In this document: positions 24,405-35,249 of the stretch, in pieces | Position numbering within the stretch: position 1 is the stretch's first letter | Layout of the letters: each line of letters begins with the position of its first letter | From: Nitrospirota bacterium | Lineage (GTDB): Bacteria; Nitrospirota; Nitrospiria; Nitrospirales; NS-4 | Direction of reading: 5' to 3' | Length of the DNA stretch: 64,000 nt | Assembly: GCA_963788195.1 (NCBI GenBank) | Contig: CAWBGA010000013.1 | Location: 256,001 to 320,000 of the forward strand | Position numbers and translations under genes: made by a program | Notes under the pieces: generated by a model | What the model saw: only the letters and a program-made list of their open reading frames with translations | Told to the model about the DNA's origin: nothing | Databases searched by the model: none

Positions 24405-25214
24405 ATGGGAGAGAAGGGATTCCTGCTCGCCCGGGGCCTGGGTGTCTTGCTCATCACGCTGAGCTTCGGCGCTGCGGCGCTCGCCGATGAGGCGAGAGAG
24501 CTGGCGAAAAAAAGGCAGAATCCCATTCCGGACCTCAGTAGCGTATCGTTCGACAACGGTACGAACTTCGGCGGGAGCCCTCATCACCGTGTCCAGAATG
24601 AGCTGGACATCCGGCCCCTCGTGCCGTTCCGCCTGACCGAGGACTGGTATCTCGTCACCCGTACCGTTGTCCCCGTCATCAAGCAGCCGCACGAGGATTC
24701 GCCCACCGGCGACATCTGGGGGATGGGCGACATCACCTTCACGGGGTTTCTGGCGACGGAGGAGACCTCGGGGCTCACCTGGGGCGCCGGCCCGGTGGTG
24801 ATCCTTCCGACGGCCACCCACGATGCGCTCGGCTCCAGGAAATGGGGCCTCGGTCCATCGGCGGCCGCGATGGTGAGCTCCGGGCACTGGGTCATCGGGT
24901 TCCTGGTTCAAAACGTGTGGTCGGTCGCCGGCAACAAGGACCGGCCCGATGTCAGCCAGTTCCTCCTGCAATACAGCGTGAACTACAATTTCCCTGACGG
25001 GTGGTATCTCACGTCGGGACCGACCGTCACGGCGGATTGGAAGGCGGAGACAGACCAGCGCTGGGTGGTACCGGTCGGCGGGGGTTTCGGAAAACTCTTC
25101 AGGCTCGCGCGACAGCCGATGGTCCTTGAGACGCAGGCTTTCTATAACCTGGAGCGCGGGACCGATGGAGGCAACTGGAGCCTGTCCGTCCTCTTGCAGT
25201 TCCTCTTTCCATAA
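24405..25214 (+). CDS. Putative outer-membrane beta-barrel protein
   Basis: Signal peptide, ELAKKRQNP, GMGDI, WGAGP..LPTAT..LG..KWGLGP and C-terminal LQFLFP. Confidence 0.78.
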   Translation: MGEKGFLLARGLGVLLITLSFGAAALADEARELAKKRQNPIPDLSSVSFDNGTNFGGSPHHRVQNELDIRPLVPFRLTEDWYLVTRTVVPVIKQPHEDSPTGDIWGMGDITFTGFLATEETSGLTWGAGPVVILPTATHDALGSRKWGLGPSAAAMVSSGHWVIGFLVQNVWSVAGNKDRPDVSQFLLQYSVNYNFPDGWYLTSGPTVTADWKAETDQRWVVPVGGGFGKLFRLARQPMVLETQAFYNLERGTDGGNWSLSVLLQFLFP

Positions 25215-25334
25215 ATATGGAGGAATGTGAAACGTATACAAGAGCAGGTATTTTCGTGTACCGTGTCGGCTCCAGAACGGACCATCACCGTGAGTAGAAC
25301 CGTGAACAACCTCGAATCACAAGGGAATCAATCA

Positions 25335-26604
25335 ATGCACCGCTCTATCGTAAGAGACATGAACCGCGTCGCCTTCTCTCTGCTGCTGGCCGTAGGGCTT
25401 GCCGCCGCCGGCGTTTCTGCGCAAGGGACGCAATTCGATGAGCGAGGCGACGCTGCAGGCGTCCAAGATTCTGCCGCCGGAGCTTGTAGCCGGCCCGAAC
25501 CACGTCGTGCAAGAGCGCGTCGTCAACGATGGCTACCTCAATATCTATATGATCGACTCGTCTTTCGGCCAGTTGCGGGCGGCGTCCACCGCGCAGCTCC
25601 GCCAGTACGTGCACGAGCTGAACGCGGTCGCCCGCATGGAACTGCTGTCGAACAGCGACGCGTTCAAGAGCGGCATCAAAGGGAAGGCCGGGGACGTCGT
25701 GAGCGGCACGAAAAACTTAGTGGTTAATCCGGTGGACACCGTGTCGGGCGCCGTATCCGGGGTCGGCTCAGTTTTCGGGCGTATAGGCGAAGCGGCCACC
25801 AGCCGCTCGACGAGCGACGCCGAGGACAGCCGCATGGAGGGCGCCATCGGCTTCTCCAAGACGAAGCGGGACTATGCCTACGAGTTCAAGGTGGACGTGT
25901 ACTCGCGGAACCCGATTCTTCAGGACCATCTCAACCAGCTGGCCTGGGCGCAGTACGGGGGCTCGCTCAGCACGGCTGCTTTGCTGATGGCGGTGCCCGG
26001 CGGCGCAGGCGTGGCGGTCTCCGTCAGCGGCGGCAACGAGCTTATGAACAAGGTCTACCGGGACCTGCCGCCGAACGAATTGCGCAAGCGTAGCCGCGCC
26101 AAGCTGGAGGCGATGGGCGCCAGCTCCGATGTCATAGACCTGTACATCAGAAACGAAGTGTTCACGCCGCGCGAGCAGAACGACATCGTCGAGGCGCTCG
26201 ATACGATGCCGAAAACGGCGAAGCGCGTCGAATTCATCAAGTTCGCGGTGCTGACCGAGAACCCGGACATCGCGTTCTTCCGCCAGCGCCAGGCCGAGAT
26301 GTATTGGACCTATCACCGCAAGGTGGCGCCGATCGCGCGGTTCGTGCCGTTCGGCAACACCACCGCTGCTCTCACCCAAGACGGCACGCTGGTCTTCAAC
26401 GCGCCGCTCGATTACCTCAGATGGACTCCGCAGACGGCGGGCTTCGTGAACAGAGTGACCGGCCTCGCAGACATGATTCCAAATGTTCGCGCGAAGCACT
26501 TGTGGATCGATGGCGCTGCGAGTCCGCTCGCGCGCAAGAACCTGGAGCGCTCCGGCTGGAAGGTGTTCGAGGGTACTAAGCCGCGGCCCGCCGCCGCCGG
26601 CTGA
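25335..26604 (+). CDS. Secreted protein of unknown function, frameshift near 25428
   Basis: Signal peptide (MNRVAFSLLLAVGLAAAGVSA) in one frame and a long coding-like ORF in the next. Confidence 0.7.
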
Positions 26605-26656
26605 AAAAACCCCACCGTGTAGATCCTCGCCTTCCGGCGGGAAGGAGATGCAGTAG

Positions 26657-27418
26657 TTAGCGGCCTTGCGCCGATCTGCTGTTTACGGCGGTAAGGTGCG
26701 CGTTGCGAACGGCGCTGTACAGATCAAGAGTGGCTTCTTCTACGCTCTGATAATTTTCGAGGTTGACTGCGCGGTTGTTAACGACGTCCTCCGTTGTCTT
26801 CCCGAAGCCCCCGGCGAGCGGCAGCACATAACTAATCGGATCCAGCGCAAGATCGAAAGCTTATCCGACGGCGCCCCGAACCGTAAAGGGAGGCAGGAAC
26901 GGAAGGACCACATATGGGCCGGGCCCGGCGCCGTAGAAGCCGAAGGTATCGGCGCTATTTACGTCGCTCTTCTCCACATGGAACTGATACTTGGCCACAT
27001 CGGCCAACCCGCCCACACCAAGCGTTGAGTTGATGACGAAACGCAAAAGCTCCCGGCCGGCGCCTTTAAATTTGCCTTGCAGCAGGCTGTTGATGAAGCG
27101 CCGGGGCATGGCGATGTTGTCATACGCATTATGAATGGCTTGCTTCTCTCCATCCAGCACGATCTCGTTGTACACTTTCGCCACTGGTTTGATGACGTGC
27201 CGATCTAACTGGTAATTGAAGGCAAAGGTCTTCTCATTGAAGCGCTCCCAGGGATCGTAATCTTCAGTTTCCGTGTCAACGGACTCGAGTCTGGTATCCG
27301 TGACGACGACCTCCTCCAGCGGCTCCGCCTTGGTGTCGGTCTTGTGCAACGGTCCGGCTCCGAGAATTCCGAAAGAGACGATCACTGCAAGCGCTACATA
27401 ACTGGCCTGGTTCACCAT
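26657..27418 (-). CDS. MlaA/VacJ family lipid-asymmetry protein, frameshift near 26865
   Basis: DPWERFNEKTFAFN, RFVINSTLGVGGLADVA and GPYVVLPFL, then DLYSAVRNA in another frame; 3' end approximate. Confidence 0.85.
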
Positions 27419-27490
27419 TCATTTCCTTTCGCTCGATTTTGACCCCGATTCCACCGGCGTTTCAGAGGCGGGAAGACTACGAGACGAGAC

Positions 27491-27946
27491 TTACTTAGTC
27501 GGGAGTGCGAACTGGAAGACACATGCCCGGTTGAGGGTGGAATCCGGCCCCATCGACTGCTCCCCAAATCCGCCGCCCTGCCATCCGGGGCACCATGAGG
27601 AAGCAGACTTGAGGCTCCTGCCGAACGCGCTGCCGAGCGCCGCGACCTGCTCGAGCACGGACTCCCTGGTCTCCTTCACACCGCTTTCCGGGATGGACGG
27701 TTGGTCGAGCATAGTGGCTTGGAGATCGGGTATGCCCATCGACTCGGCGAGCGGCGCACGCTTCGGAACTGCCAGTGTGCTATCCATCCTGACGTTCCTG
27801 GTCGGAGCGGGTCCGTACGATAGGTTGGCTGAAAGCAGATATATCTCCTGGGCCGAAACTTTACTTGCTCCCGCGACGACCAGGATCAGCGCTAGGCTCG
27901 TGCCGAGGATCCCGATCCGTCGTTTCAGTTGGTTCAGTGTGATCAC
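27491..27946 (-). CDS. Hypothetical exported protein
   Basis: RBS GGGAGG before GTG; basic plus hydrophobic N-terminus ending VSA-Q. Confidence 0.55.
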   Translation of the reverse strand: MITLNQLKRRIGILGTSLALILVVAGASKVSAQEIYLLSANLSYGPAPTRNVRMDSTLAVPKRAPLAESMGIPDLQATMLDQPSIPESGVKETRESVLEQVAALGSAFGRSLKSASSWCPGWQGGGFGEQSMGPDSTLNRACVFQFALPTK

Positions 27947-28278
27947 TTAGGTGGCCTCCCTTTACGATGACTATGTTAAGTAACGTCTACAATGTGACTT
28001 TATTTAGTAACGCGACAGTACAGTCGCGCTCCTTGACATGCAATCGCGATGAAGACCTATTGCCTCATGCAAACGGGGCATCCATTCATCTGCAAACAGT
28101 CCCTCCACTGTCAAAAGACACTAGACCGTTTGCCCAGAATTATCTGAAGAGATACGCCCGCTGCACTTGATAGTTCTGGAGCGGAGTAACAGAAAAGCCA
28201 GCATAAACAATGCGATTCTGGGAATCTTAAGTGGCGTCGTTGGAAGGCGGGGGAGCTGGGCGCGACGCTATCAGCAAA

Positions 28279-30226
28279 TCACTTCGCTCTCGGGGGGCAC
28301 GTTGGATCTTCGAGATAGGGTTGTTCAGCGCACGCCGATGTGTTCTCCAGGAGAATGCGCCGTATTTCCTCGATGGCCTCCGGGTTACCCTGAACTGAGT
28401 GGCCTGACGTGATGACTTTCTCGGAGACCGCCTCCTCGATGTGCGCGCTCGAGTACTTCACCACCCCGTCGTCGCCCTCTGCCTGCGGTTTGCCCGCCAA
28501 CACGGGGATGATCGAGTGGGCCGTGACGGGCGGCTCTACGCGGATCGAGGCCAAGGTGCGAATCATGGGGTTGGAGGGATGCATGTTGTTCACGCTCCGT
28601 GGGAGCTTACTCAGCAGCTTGCCTTTTTCCGGGTCCCCCGCCGCGACCGCTTTCGCGAGCTCCGCTCCCTGCGAGAGGAGGGTGCCCGGCAGCTTCACCA
28701 GGTCGGCGAGCCAACCCGCGATCCGTCCCTCGGAGACGTAGCTACCGCGCTGCGGCGTGGAGATGAAGATGACCGTTTTCACAAAGGGCAAGGGCGTGAC
28801 GAACATGGAATGGCGAACGAGTTCCCTGGTCTCCGGTTTGAACTCCACTTCCTCGAACGGTTTCGTCATCCAGTTATCCCAGAACTTCGTCCCGCTGTTG
28901 ATCGCGGTGAGCTTGGTCAGCAGACCGCCCTGGCTGTGTCCCATCACGACCATCTGCCGCAACGCCGGGTCCTTGCCCTCGGGGTCGAACTCCTTGACGG
29001 CATTGGTCAGAGACGTCCGTAAAACGCCGGCGGAGAGCAGTATGGGGCTTCCCGTGTTGTACGTGAAGATCCAGAACTGGTAACGCTGCGCAATACGCGG
29101 GTCTGCGTTCATCTCGTTGAGCAGCTCGGCCCACCGCACGGGACTGGAGGCCGTTCCATGGACCAGCACGACGGGGATCTTCCCCGGCTGGTACGGCTGC
29201 ATGGTTAAGAGGTTGCCGGTCTTGGTCTTGAAGAGTTGCGGCTCCAGCCCCAGGAATCCATAAATCTCCATTGCGAAGACCGGGAAGTTCTTGAGGGTAT
29301 AGGCGAGCGCGGAGGTCGGCTCGTACTCCAGCGGAACGTCGAATGCCCCCAGTTTCACGGTGCGTTGGGCGTCCGTCGTATAGACTGCCAGAGTCCCGCG
29401 TGGGTGGCCACTGATAAGACCGCTGTACGCTTTGTCGAGGCGGAGGAACGCGGTCACGGGTATTTTCAGCCCGGGCCCGACATAATAGCTCGCGGGATCG
29501 TTCTCGGTCACCGTGGGGCCAAGGCTCGCGATGAGCGGCGCGCCGATGCCGGGCTGGCGGTAACGGTTTCTGAATCCGTACACGTCGAATTGCAACGCCG
29601 GGATGAACTGCTGCAGCGTACGGCCGGCCCAAACGAAGCGCTCCGGGGCATCAATCACGAGCTCTCCGAACGGCAGAGGGTAGCGCCCGCCGGTGAGCGC
29701 GACCTCGTCCACATCACGCACCTCTACGCTCCCGTCCTCCGCCACTTTGGGAGGGATCACGAGCCCCATCGCGAGCGCGGTGTTGTAAATGTCGGCGGCG
29801 ATGCGGTTCCGCGGGTCGAGGGGGATGGGAGGTTTCGCGCCTGCCTCGGGGACGAGGAACGCGTAGGCATACAGGGCGGCGGCGAGGAAATGGGGCTGCG
29901 ACCCCGTCTTCCGGGCGTGAAGAAGTGACAGTTCCGCCAGCGCAAAGAGGCGGTTGTCGTCGCCGGCCGACGCAAGACCCTTATGCAGCTCGGCAAGGGT
30001 GCCGGCCGGGTCGTCCTTGAACTTCTCGTACAGGCCGAGACGGAGCAAGGCCTGGATAGTGAAAGAGGTCGGGTTGATCGGAGTCGAGCGCGTTGGCGTA
30101 ACTTTGTTTGGCGGATTCTTCCGGAGTCCAGCGTGTGACCCCGATAAGCGAAGAACATCCCGCCGCGCTCAGGGACAAGGCCAGAAAAAGAACCGCCAAC
30201 GTGAATGAACGGCTGTTGGCTCGCAT
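28279..30226 (-). CDS. Lipoprotein alpha/beta hydrolase (lipase/esterase-like), frameshift near 30065
   Basis: Lipobox AAGC; VVLVHG, nucleophile elbow GHSQGG, DDGVV and GHSVQ (Ser-Asp-His triad). Confidence 0.87.
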
Positions 30227-30286
30227 CAATAAGGTATTACGAAACCCATGCAAACGCGACCTTAGCACGATATGGGGCACTCTGTA

Positions 30287-30306
30287 CCCTGTCAAGTTTG
30301 ACAGTT
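30287..30306 (+). promoter_or_regulatory. Lux-box-like palindrome 2 (CCCTGTCAAGTTTGACAGTT)
   Basis: TATGTT 21 nt downstream (30328-30333); TAAGGT 22 nt away on the minus strand towards the lipase. Confidence 0.72.
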
Positions 30307-30470
30307 GTGGTATTTTTCCTCCCCCGTTATGTTTGCCACAATAAATTCACCGTCAAGGTCCATCAAGGTGCGTTTGAGCTGAAGTAAGCCGGTAAGCAGG
30401 AGATTTTCTGCTTCAGCGCGGCGCTCAAGGCGGAAGCAACTGACGCCCCGCTGGAAGTGAAGGGAGAGAA

Positions 30471-31568
30471 ATGCAATCCGACCGGGTGCTAGACCTTGCC
30501 CGTATCACCTTCCAGTTGCTCGCCCTCGGCATACTGATCGCCGCGAGCTTCTGGATCATGCGTCCATTCCTGGTCGCGTTTACCTGGGCGACCATGATCG
30601 TCGTCGCCACATGGCCGCTCCTGCTGCACGCGCAAGCGTGGCTCGGCGGCAAGCGCTCCCTCGCCGTTACTTTAATGACGATTGTGTTGCTGCTGATTCT
30701 GGTGGTGCCGCTCTACTTCGGCATCTCGACCATTGTGGAGAATGCCCCACAGATCGCGGGCTGGTCGAAATCGCTGGCGACTTTTAGCCTCCCGCAGCCC
30801 CCCGCCTGGGTGGAAGGGCTCCCGGTGGTGGGCTCGAAGCTTGCGGCGCGTTGGCAACAACTCGCGGCCGCCAGTCCGGAAGAGATCTCTGCGCGCATTG
30901 CGCCCTATGCCCAGAGCCTCATCCTCTGGTTCGTAGTCCATGTGGGTGGTATCGGGTTGCTGCTCGTCAACTTCCTGCTCACGGTGACCATTGCTGCGAT
31001 CCTGTACGCGAACGGCGAGACGGCGGCTCGCGCCGCAGACCTTTTCGCCTGGCGAATCGCTGGGCCGCGAGGGCAGAACGCGGTGCATCTCGCTGGACAG
31101 GCGATTCGAGGCGTCGCGCTGGGTGTCATCGTCACCGCTATTCTTCAGTCCACTGCGGCCGGCATTGGGCTCGCGATCGTCGGGGTGCCTTTCGCGACGA
31201 TTCTGACCGCCGTGATCTTCATGCTGTGCGTCGCGCAGATAGGCCCCGGGCTTGTGCTGATCCCGGCAGTCATCTGGGTCTACTCGACGCGTGGCGCCGT
31301 GTGGGGTACCGGTTTTCTCATCTGGGCGATCTTCTGCGGCACGTTCGACAATTTCGTGCGCCCGCTGCTCATCAAGCAGGGTGCCGACCTGCCGCTGCTG
31401 CTGATCTTCGCGGGTGTGATTGGCGGGCTCATCGCCCTCGGCGTCATCGGGCTCTTCATCGGGCCGGTGGTGCTCGCAGTGGCGTACACGCTGCTTGTCG
31501 ACTGGGTGTCCGAGAGCACTCCCTCTGAGGAACCAGCGCCGCCGCCGCCAGCGATACTGAAAGAGTGA
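30471..31568 (+). CDS. AI-2E family transporter (YdiK-like)
   Basis: PFLVAFTWA..ATWP, GVALGV, DNFVRP and GVIGGL..GLFIGP. Confidence 0.88.
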   Translation: MQSDRVLDLARITFQLLALGILIAASFWIMRPFLVAFTWATMIVVATWPLLLHAQAWLGGKRSLAVTLMTIVLLLILVVPLYFGISTIVENAPQIAGWSKSLATFSLPQPPAWVEGLPVVGSKLAARWQQLAAASPEEISARIAPYAQSLILWFVVHVGGIGLLLVNFLLTVTIAAILYANGETAARAADLFAWRIAGPRGQNAVHLAGQAIRGVALGVIVTAILQSTAAGIGLAIVGVPFATILTAVIFMLCVAQIGPGLVLIPAVIWVYSTRGAVWGTGFLIWAIFCGTFDNFVRPLLIKQGADLPLLLIFAGVIGGLIALGVIGLFIGPVVLAVAYTLLVDWVSESTPSEEPAPPPPAILKE

Positions 31569-31593
31569 AGGCTGGCCGCGAAAGGACTCACCC

Positions 31594-33111
31594 ATGAAAA
31601 CCACACGCAGATCAAACCTCATGGCCGGCGTGCTAGGCCTGATCTACTGTTGTTTTCTGTCCGGGAACGCCGCGCTCGCCCAGAAGCCGGCTCCACAAAA
31701 AGGGGCTGGCGGGACTCTCACCATCGATCTCGCGAAGGTGGGGAAACCGTGGACCGGTGATCTGGACGGGATGATCGAGCGGCGGGTCATCCGCGTGCTG
31801 ACCGTCAACAGCAAGACCATCTATTTCCTCGATAAGGGCGTACCTCGCGGCACCGCCGTTGAGTACGTCCGGCTGTTCGAAGACGAGCTCAACAAGAAGC
31901 TCGCCGCCGACAAGAAACGAAAGAACAAAAACCTGAAGGTGCGGGCGGTGTTCATTCCGGTACGGCGCGACCAACTGCTGCCGGGGCTTACCGCCGGCAA
32001 GGGCGACATCGCCGCCGCCGGTCTCACGATCACGCCGGAGCGCCGGAAACTGGTGGACTTCAGCGCGGCCGGTCTGAGCAACGTGAGCGAGGTTGTGGTG
32101 TCGGGGCCCGCTTCACCGAAAGTCGCCAGCCTGGACGATCTCTCCGGCAAGGAAGTCTTCGTGCGCAAATCGTCGAGCTATTTCGAGAGCCTCGTTGCGC
32201 TCAACGAAAAGTTTGCGGCCGACAAGAAACCACCGGTGATACTCAAGGAAGCGCCCGAGACGCTGGAGGACGAGGATCTGCTCGAGATGCTCAACGCCGG
32301 CCTCATTTCGCTCATCATCGTTAACAAGTACCAGGCGGACTTCTGGAAGCAGATCTTCCCGCAGCTCACCGTGCACGACAACGTCGCGGTTCGCACCGGC
32401 GGCGAGATCGCGTGGGCGGTTCGCAAAGGCAGCCCGCAGCTCAAGGCGAGGCTGGACGATTTTGCCGGGCGCCACAAGGTCGGGACCTCGACCGGCAACC
32501 AACTCCTGACGCGCTACCTGAAGAACGTCAAATACGTGAAGAATGCGGCATCCGAGGAGGAGCGCAAGAAGTTCCTGGCCCTCATCCAGTATTTCCAGAA
32601 ATACGGCGACCAGTACGACGTGGACTGGCTGCTGATGGGAGCGCAGGCCTATCAGGAGTCGCAGCTCAACCATAATGCAAAAAGCTCGGTGGGCGCGATC
32701 GGGGTCATGCAGGTGATGCCCGCCACCGGCAAGGAAATGAAGGTGGGAGACATCACCGACATCGAGGCGAACATCCACGCCGGCATCAAGTACATGCGCT
32801 TCATGATTGACCGGTACTACGAGAAGGAACCGATGACGAAGCTGGACAAGGCCCTGTTTGCGTTCGCCTCGTACAACGCGGGCCCCGCCCGCATCAGGCA
32901 ACTCCGGCAGGAGGCCGCCAAGCGCGGACTCGATCCCAACGTCTGGTTCCAGAACGTGGAATATATCGCGGCCGAGAAGATCGGCCAGGAAACGGTGACC
33001 TACGTCAGCAACATCTACAAGTACTACATTGCCTACCGCCTGGTTCTGGAGAGCCGGGCTTCCACGAAGGAAGCTGTCGAGAAGATCAGGGGTGGCAGCA
33101 AATCACAATGA
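31594..33111 (+). CDS. MltF-like lytic transglycosylase (substrate-binding domain plus SLT domain)
   Basis: GKGDIAAAGLTITPER, YQES, GAIGVMQVMPAT, ASYNAG and ETVTYV. Confidence 0.9.
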   Translation: MKTTRRSNLMAGVLGLIYCCFLSGNAALAQKPAPQKGAGGTLTIDLAKVGKPWTGDLDGMIERRVIRVLTVNSKTIYFLDKGVPRGTAVEYVRLFEDELNKKLAADKKRKNKNLKVRAVFIPVRRDQLLPGLTAGKGDIAAAGLTITPERRKLVDFSAAGLSNVSEVVVSGPASPKVASLDDLSGKEVFVRKSSSYFESLVALNEKFAADKKPPVILKEAPETLEDEDLLEMLNAGLISLIIVNKYQADFWKQIFPQLTVHDNVAVRTGGEIAWAVRKGSPQLKARLDDFAGRHKVGTSTGNQLLTRYLKNVKYVKNAASEEERKKFLALIQYFQKYGDQYDVDWLLMGAQAYQESQLNHNAKSSVGAIGVMQVMPATGKEMKVGDITDIEANIHAGIKYMRFMIDRYYEKEPMTKLDKALFAFASYNAGPARIRQLRQEAAKRGLDPNVWFQNVEYIAAEKIGQETVTYVSNIYKYYIAYRLVLESRASTKEAVEKIRGGSKSQ

Positions 33112-34126
33112 ACGAGATGATGAAAACCATCCGCACCCGAAACCTCATCGCCGCCGCGCTCTTGTCGCGCTGGCTGTCACGACGACCGTCGCGCAGTCCG
33201 CCGACCCGCTGCCGTCGTGGAACGACGGCGCGGCGAAGAAGTCCATCGTGGAATTCGTGGCGAAGGTCACGAAGGAAGGCTCGCCGGACTTCGTCCCGCC
33301 CGCCGAGCGCATCGCGACGTTCGACAACGACGGCACGCTGTGGGCCGAGCAGCCGATGTACTTTCAATTCGCTGTTCGCGCTCGACCGCGTCAAGGCGCT
33401 CGCACCGCAGCATCCCGAATGGAAGGACAAGGAGCCGTTCGCCTCGCTGCTCAAAGGCGACTGAAAGGCGCGCTCGCCGGCGGCGAACCGGCCATCGTTC
33501 GAGATCGTCATGGCGACGCACACCGGCATGACGACCGAAGAGTTCGAGAAGATCGTGAAGGACTGGCTCGCCACGGCGAAGCATCCGAAGACCAAGCGGC
33601 CCTACACCGAGATGGTCTATCAGCCGATGCTCGAGCTGCTCGCCTACCTGCGCGCGAACGGCTTCAAGACGTTCATCGTCTCCGGCGGCGGCATCGAGTT
33701 CATGCGCCCGTGGACGGAGAAGGTCTACGGCATCCCGCCCGAGCAGGTCGTCGGCAGCAGCGGCAAGACTCAAGTTCGAGATGCGCGACGGCAAGCCCGT
33801 GCTCGTGAGGCTGCCCGAACTCAACTTCATCGACGACAAGGCCGGCAAGCCCGTCGGCATCCAGCAGCACATCGGCCGCCGCCCGATCCTCGCCTTCGGC
33901 AACTCCGACGGCGATCTGCAGATGCTCCAGTGGACGGCTGCCGGCAGCGGGCCGCGCTTCATGGGCTCTGCGTCCACCACACCGACGCCGAGCGCGAGTG
34001 GGCCTACGATCGCACGTCGTCACATCGGCAAGCTCGACAAGGGCCTCGGACGAAGCGCAGACGAAAGGCTGGACGGTCGTCGACATGAAGAACGACTGGA
34101 AACGGGTGTTCGCGTTCGAGAAGTAA
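33108..34126 (+). CDS. Secreted HAD-family phosphatase, copy 1 (many frameshifts)
   Basis: DPLPSWNDG, FDNDGTLW, IVSGGG and FGNSDGD; near-identical to 49027-50021. Confidence 0.87.
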
Positions 34127-34143
34127 CCGGTCAGGAGAACAAG

Positions 34144-34534
34144 TCAGATGAGTTCGACCTGTGCGTGATGCCCGGGAGCCGAGGCAAAGGCCGCATCGCG
34201 CGTGAGCAATGGCGCAGCAAGGGCTTCCGCCAGGGCGATGTAGGCTGCGTCGTAGGCCGTGACATTGTGACGCAGCTCCCAGATTCTGGGGAGCAACAGA
34301 TCATGCGGATAACGGGTCAGGGGGAAGTCCGCGAGGTCTTCAAGCGCCTGGAGGCCTCGCGTTGGATTGAGTTCGCCTGCCAGGGCGTAGCGGCGAAGGA
34401 CTTGCGCAACTTCGAGATCAGCAGGAGTGGTGTGTGAAGGGTCTCGTTCTTGGTGAACAGCCGACGGGCGACCAGAGATCCGGCGGATGTGTTGAGAAGC
34501 ATTCGAGCAGGGCAGACGCGTCAACGACGATCAC
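34144..34534 (-). CDS. vapC: VapC PIN-domain toxin, copy 1 (frameshifted)
   Basis: VIVVDAS, TAYDAAYIALAE and LLTRD; matches intact copy 2. Confidence 0.85.
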
Positions 34535-34761
34535 CGGCGCTCTCGCTCGGCTCTGACGGCTCTGGCCGGCGGAACCGTGGGCGTCACCGCGGTCCGATGA
34601 GCCAGGCGGTCTCTCAGCTCGGCCACTGTGGGGCGTTCGGCGACGCGCCGGACCTCTTGAAGAAGGTAGTCGGACAATGAGAGCCCCGAGAGGGCCGCTC
34701 GGGCCTTCAGCTTCCTGTGGAGGTCTTCCGGAACGTGACGGAGTTGGATCATCTTGGACAT
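34531..34761 (-). CDS. Ribbon-helix-helix antitoxin (FitA/VapB-like), copy 1
   Basis: MSKMIQLRHVPEDLHRKLKARAALSGLSLSDYL; GTGA overlap with vapC. Confidence 0.88.
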   Translation of the reverse strand: MSKMIQLRHVPEDLHRKLKARAALSGLSLSDYLLQEVRRVAERPTVAELRDRLAHRTAVTPTVPPARAVRAERERR

Positions 34762-34796
34762 GTGCTCAGCGTACTTGCATGTCATACACATGTCAA
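34759..34796 (-). promoter_or_regulatory. Sigma70 promoter/operator of TA copy 1 (probably leaderless)
   Basis: TTGACA-N17-TACGCT-N6-ATG with three ACATG repeats. Confidence 0.72.
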
Positions 34797-34843
34797 TAGG
34801 CACGACCGTGACCTCTTTCGTTCCTGCAGATAAGAACACGACG

Positions 34844-35249
34844 ATGAAAACCAACACCTGTTCATTGCGACCGCGGTGGTTGAGGTAGGGGCTGGCCTGG
34901 CGCTGTTGCTATTGCCGCCGCTCCTGGCGTCGGTGCTGCTCGGCGCATCCCTCGACACGCCCAGCGGATTGGTCGTGGCTCGTATTGCGGGGGCGGCGCT
35001 CCTCTCACTGGGCGTCGCTTGTTGGCTCGCGCACTACGACGAGAAGAGCTGTGCCGCGAGAGGGTTGGTCACCGCGATGTTGTTCTACAACGCTGCTGCC
35101 GTCGCGGTCCTCGGTTATGCCGGCGTTGGTTTGGGGCTGTCTGGTGTCGGCCTTTGGCCGGCAGTTCTGCTTCACACAGTCCTCGCGGTGTGGTGCATCG
35201 TGAGCCTTCGATCAAGCGGGTGAACGTGGTGACGGAAAGCAGTCAATGA
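34844..35249 (+). CDS. Small multi-TM membrane protein, copy 1 (frameshifted at both ends)
   Basis: About 4 hydrophobic segments; homologous to 50018-50419. Confidence 0.7.
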
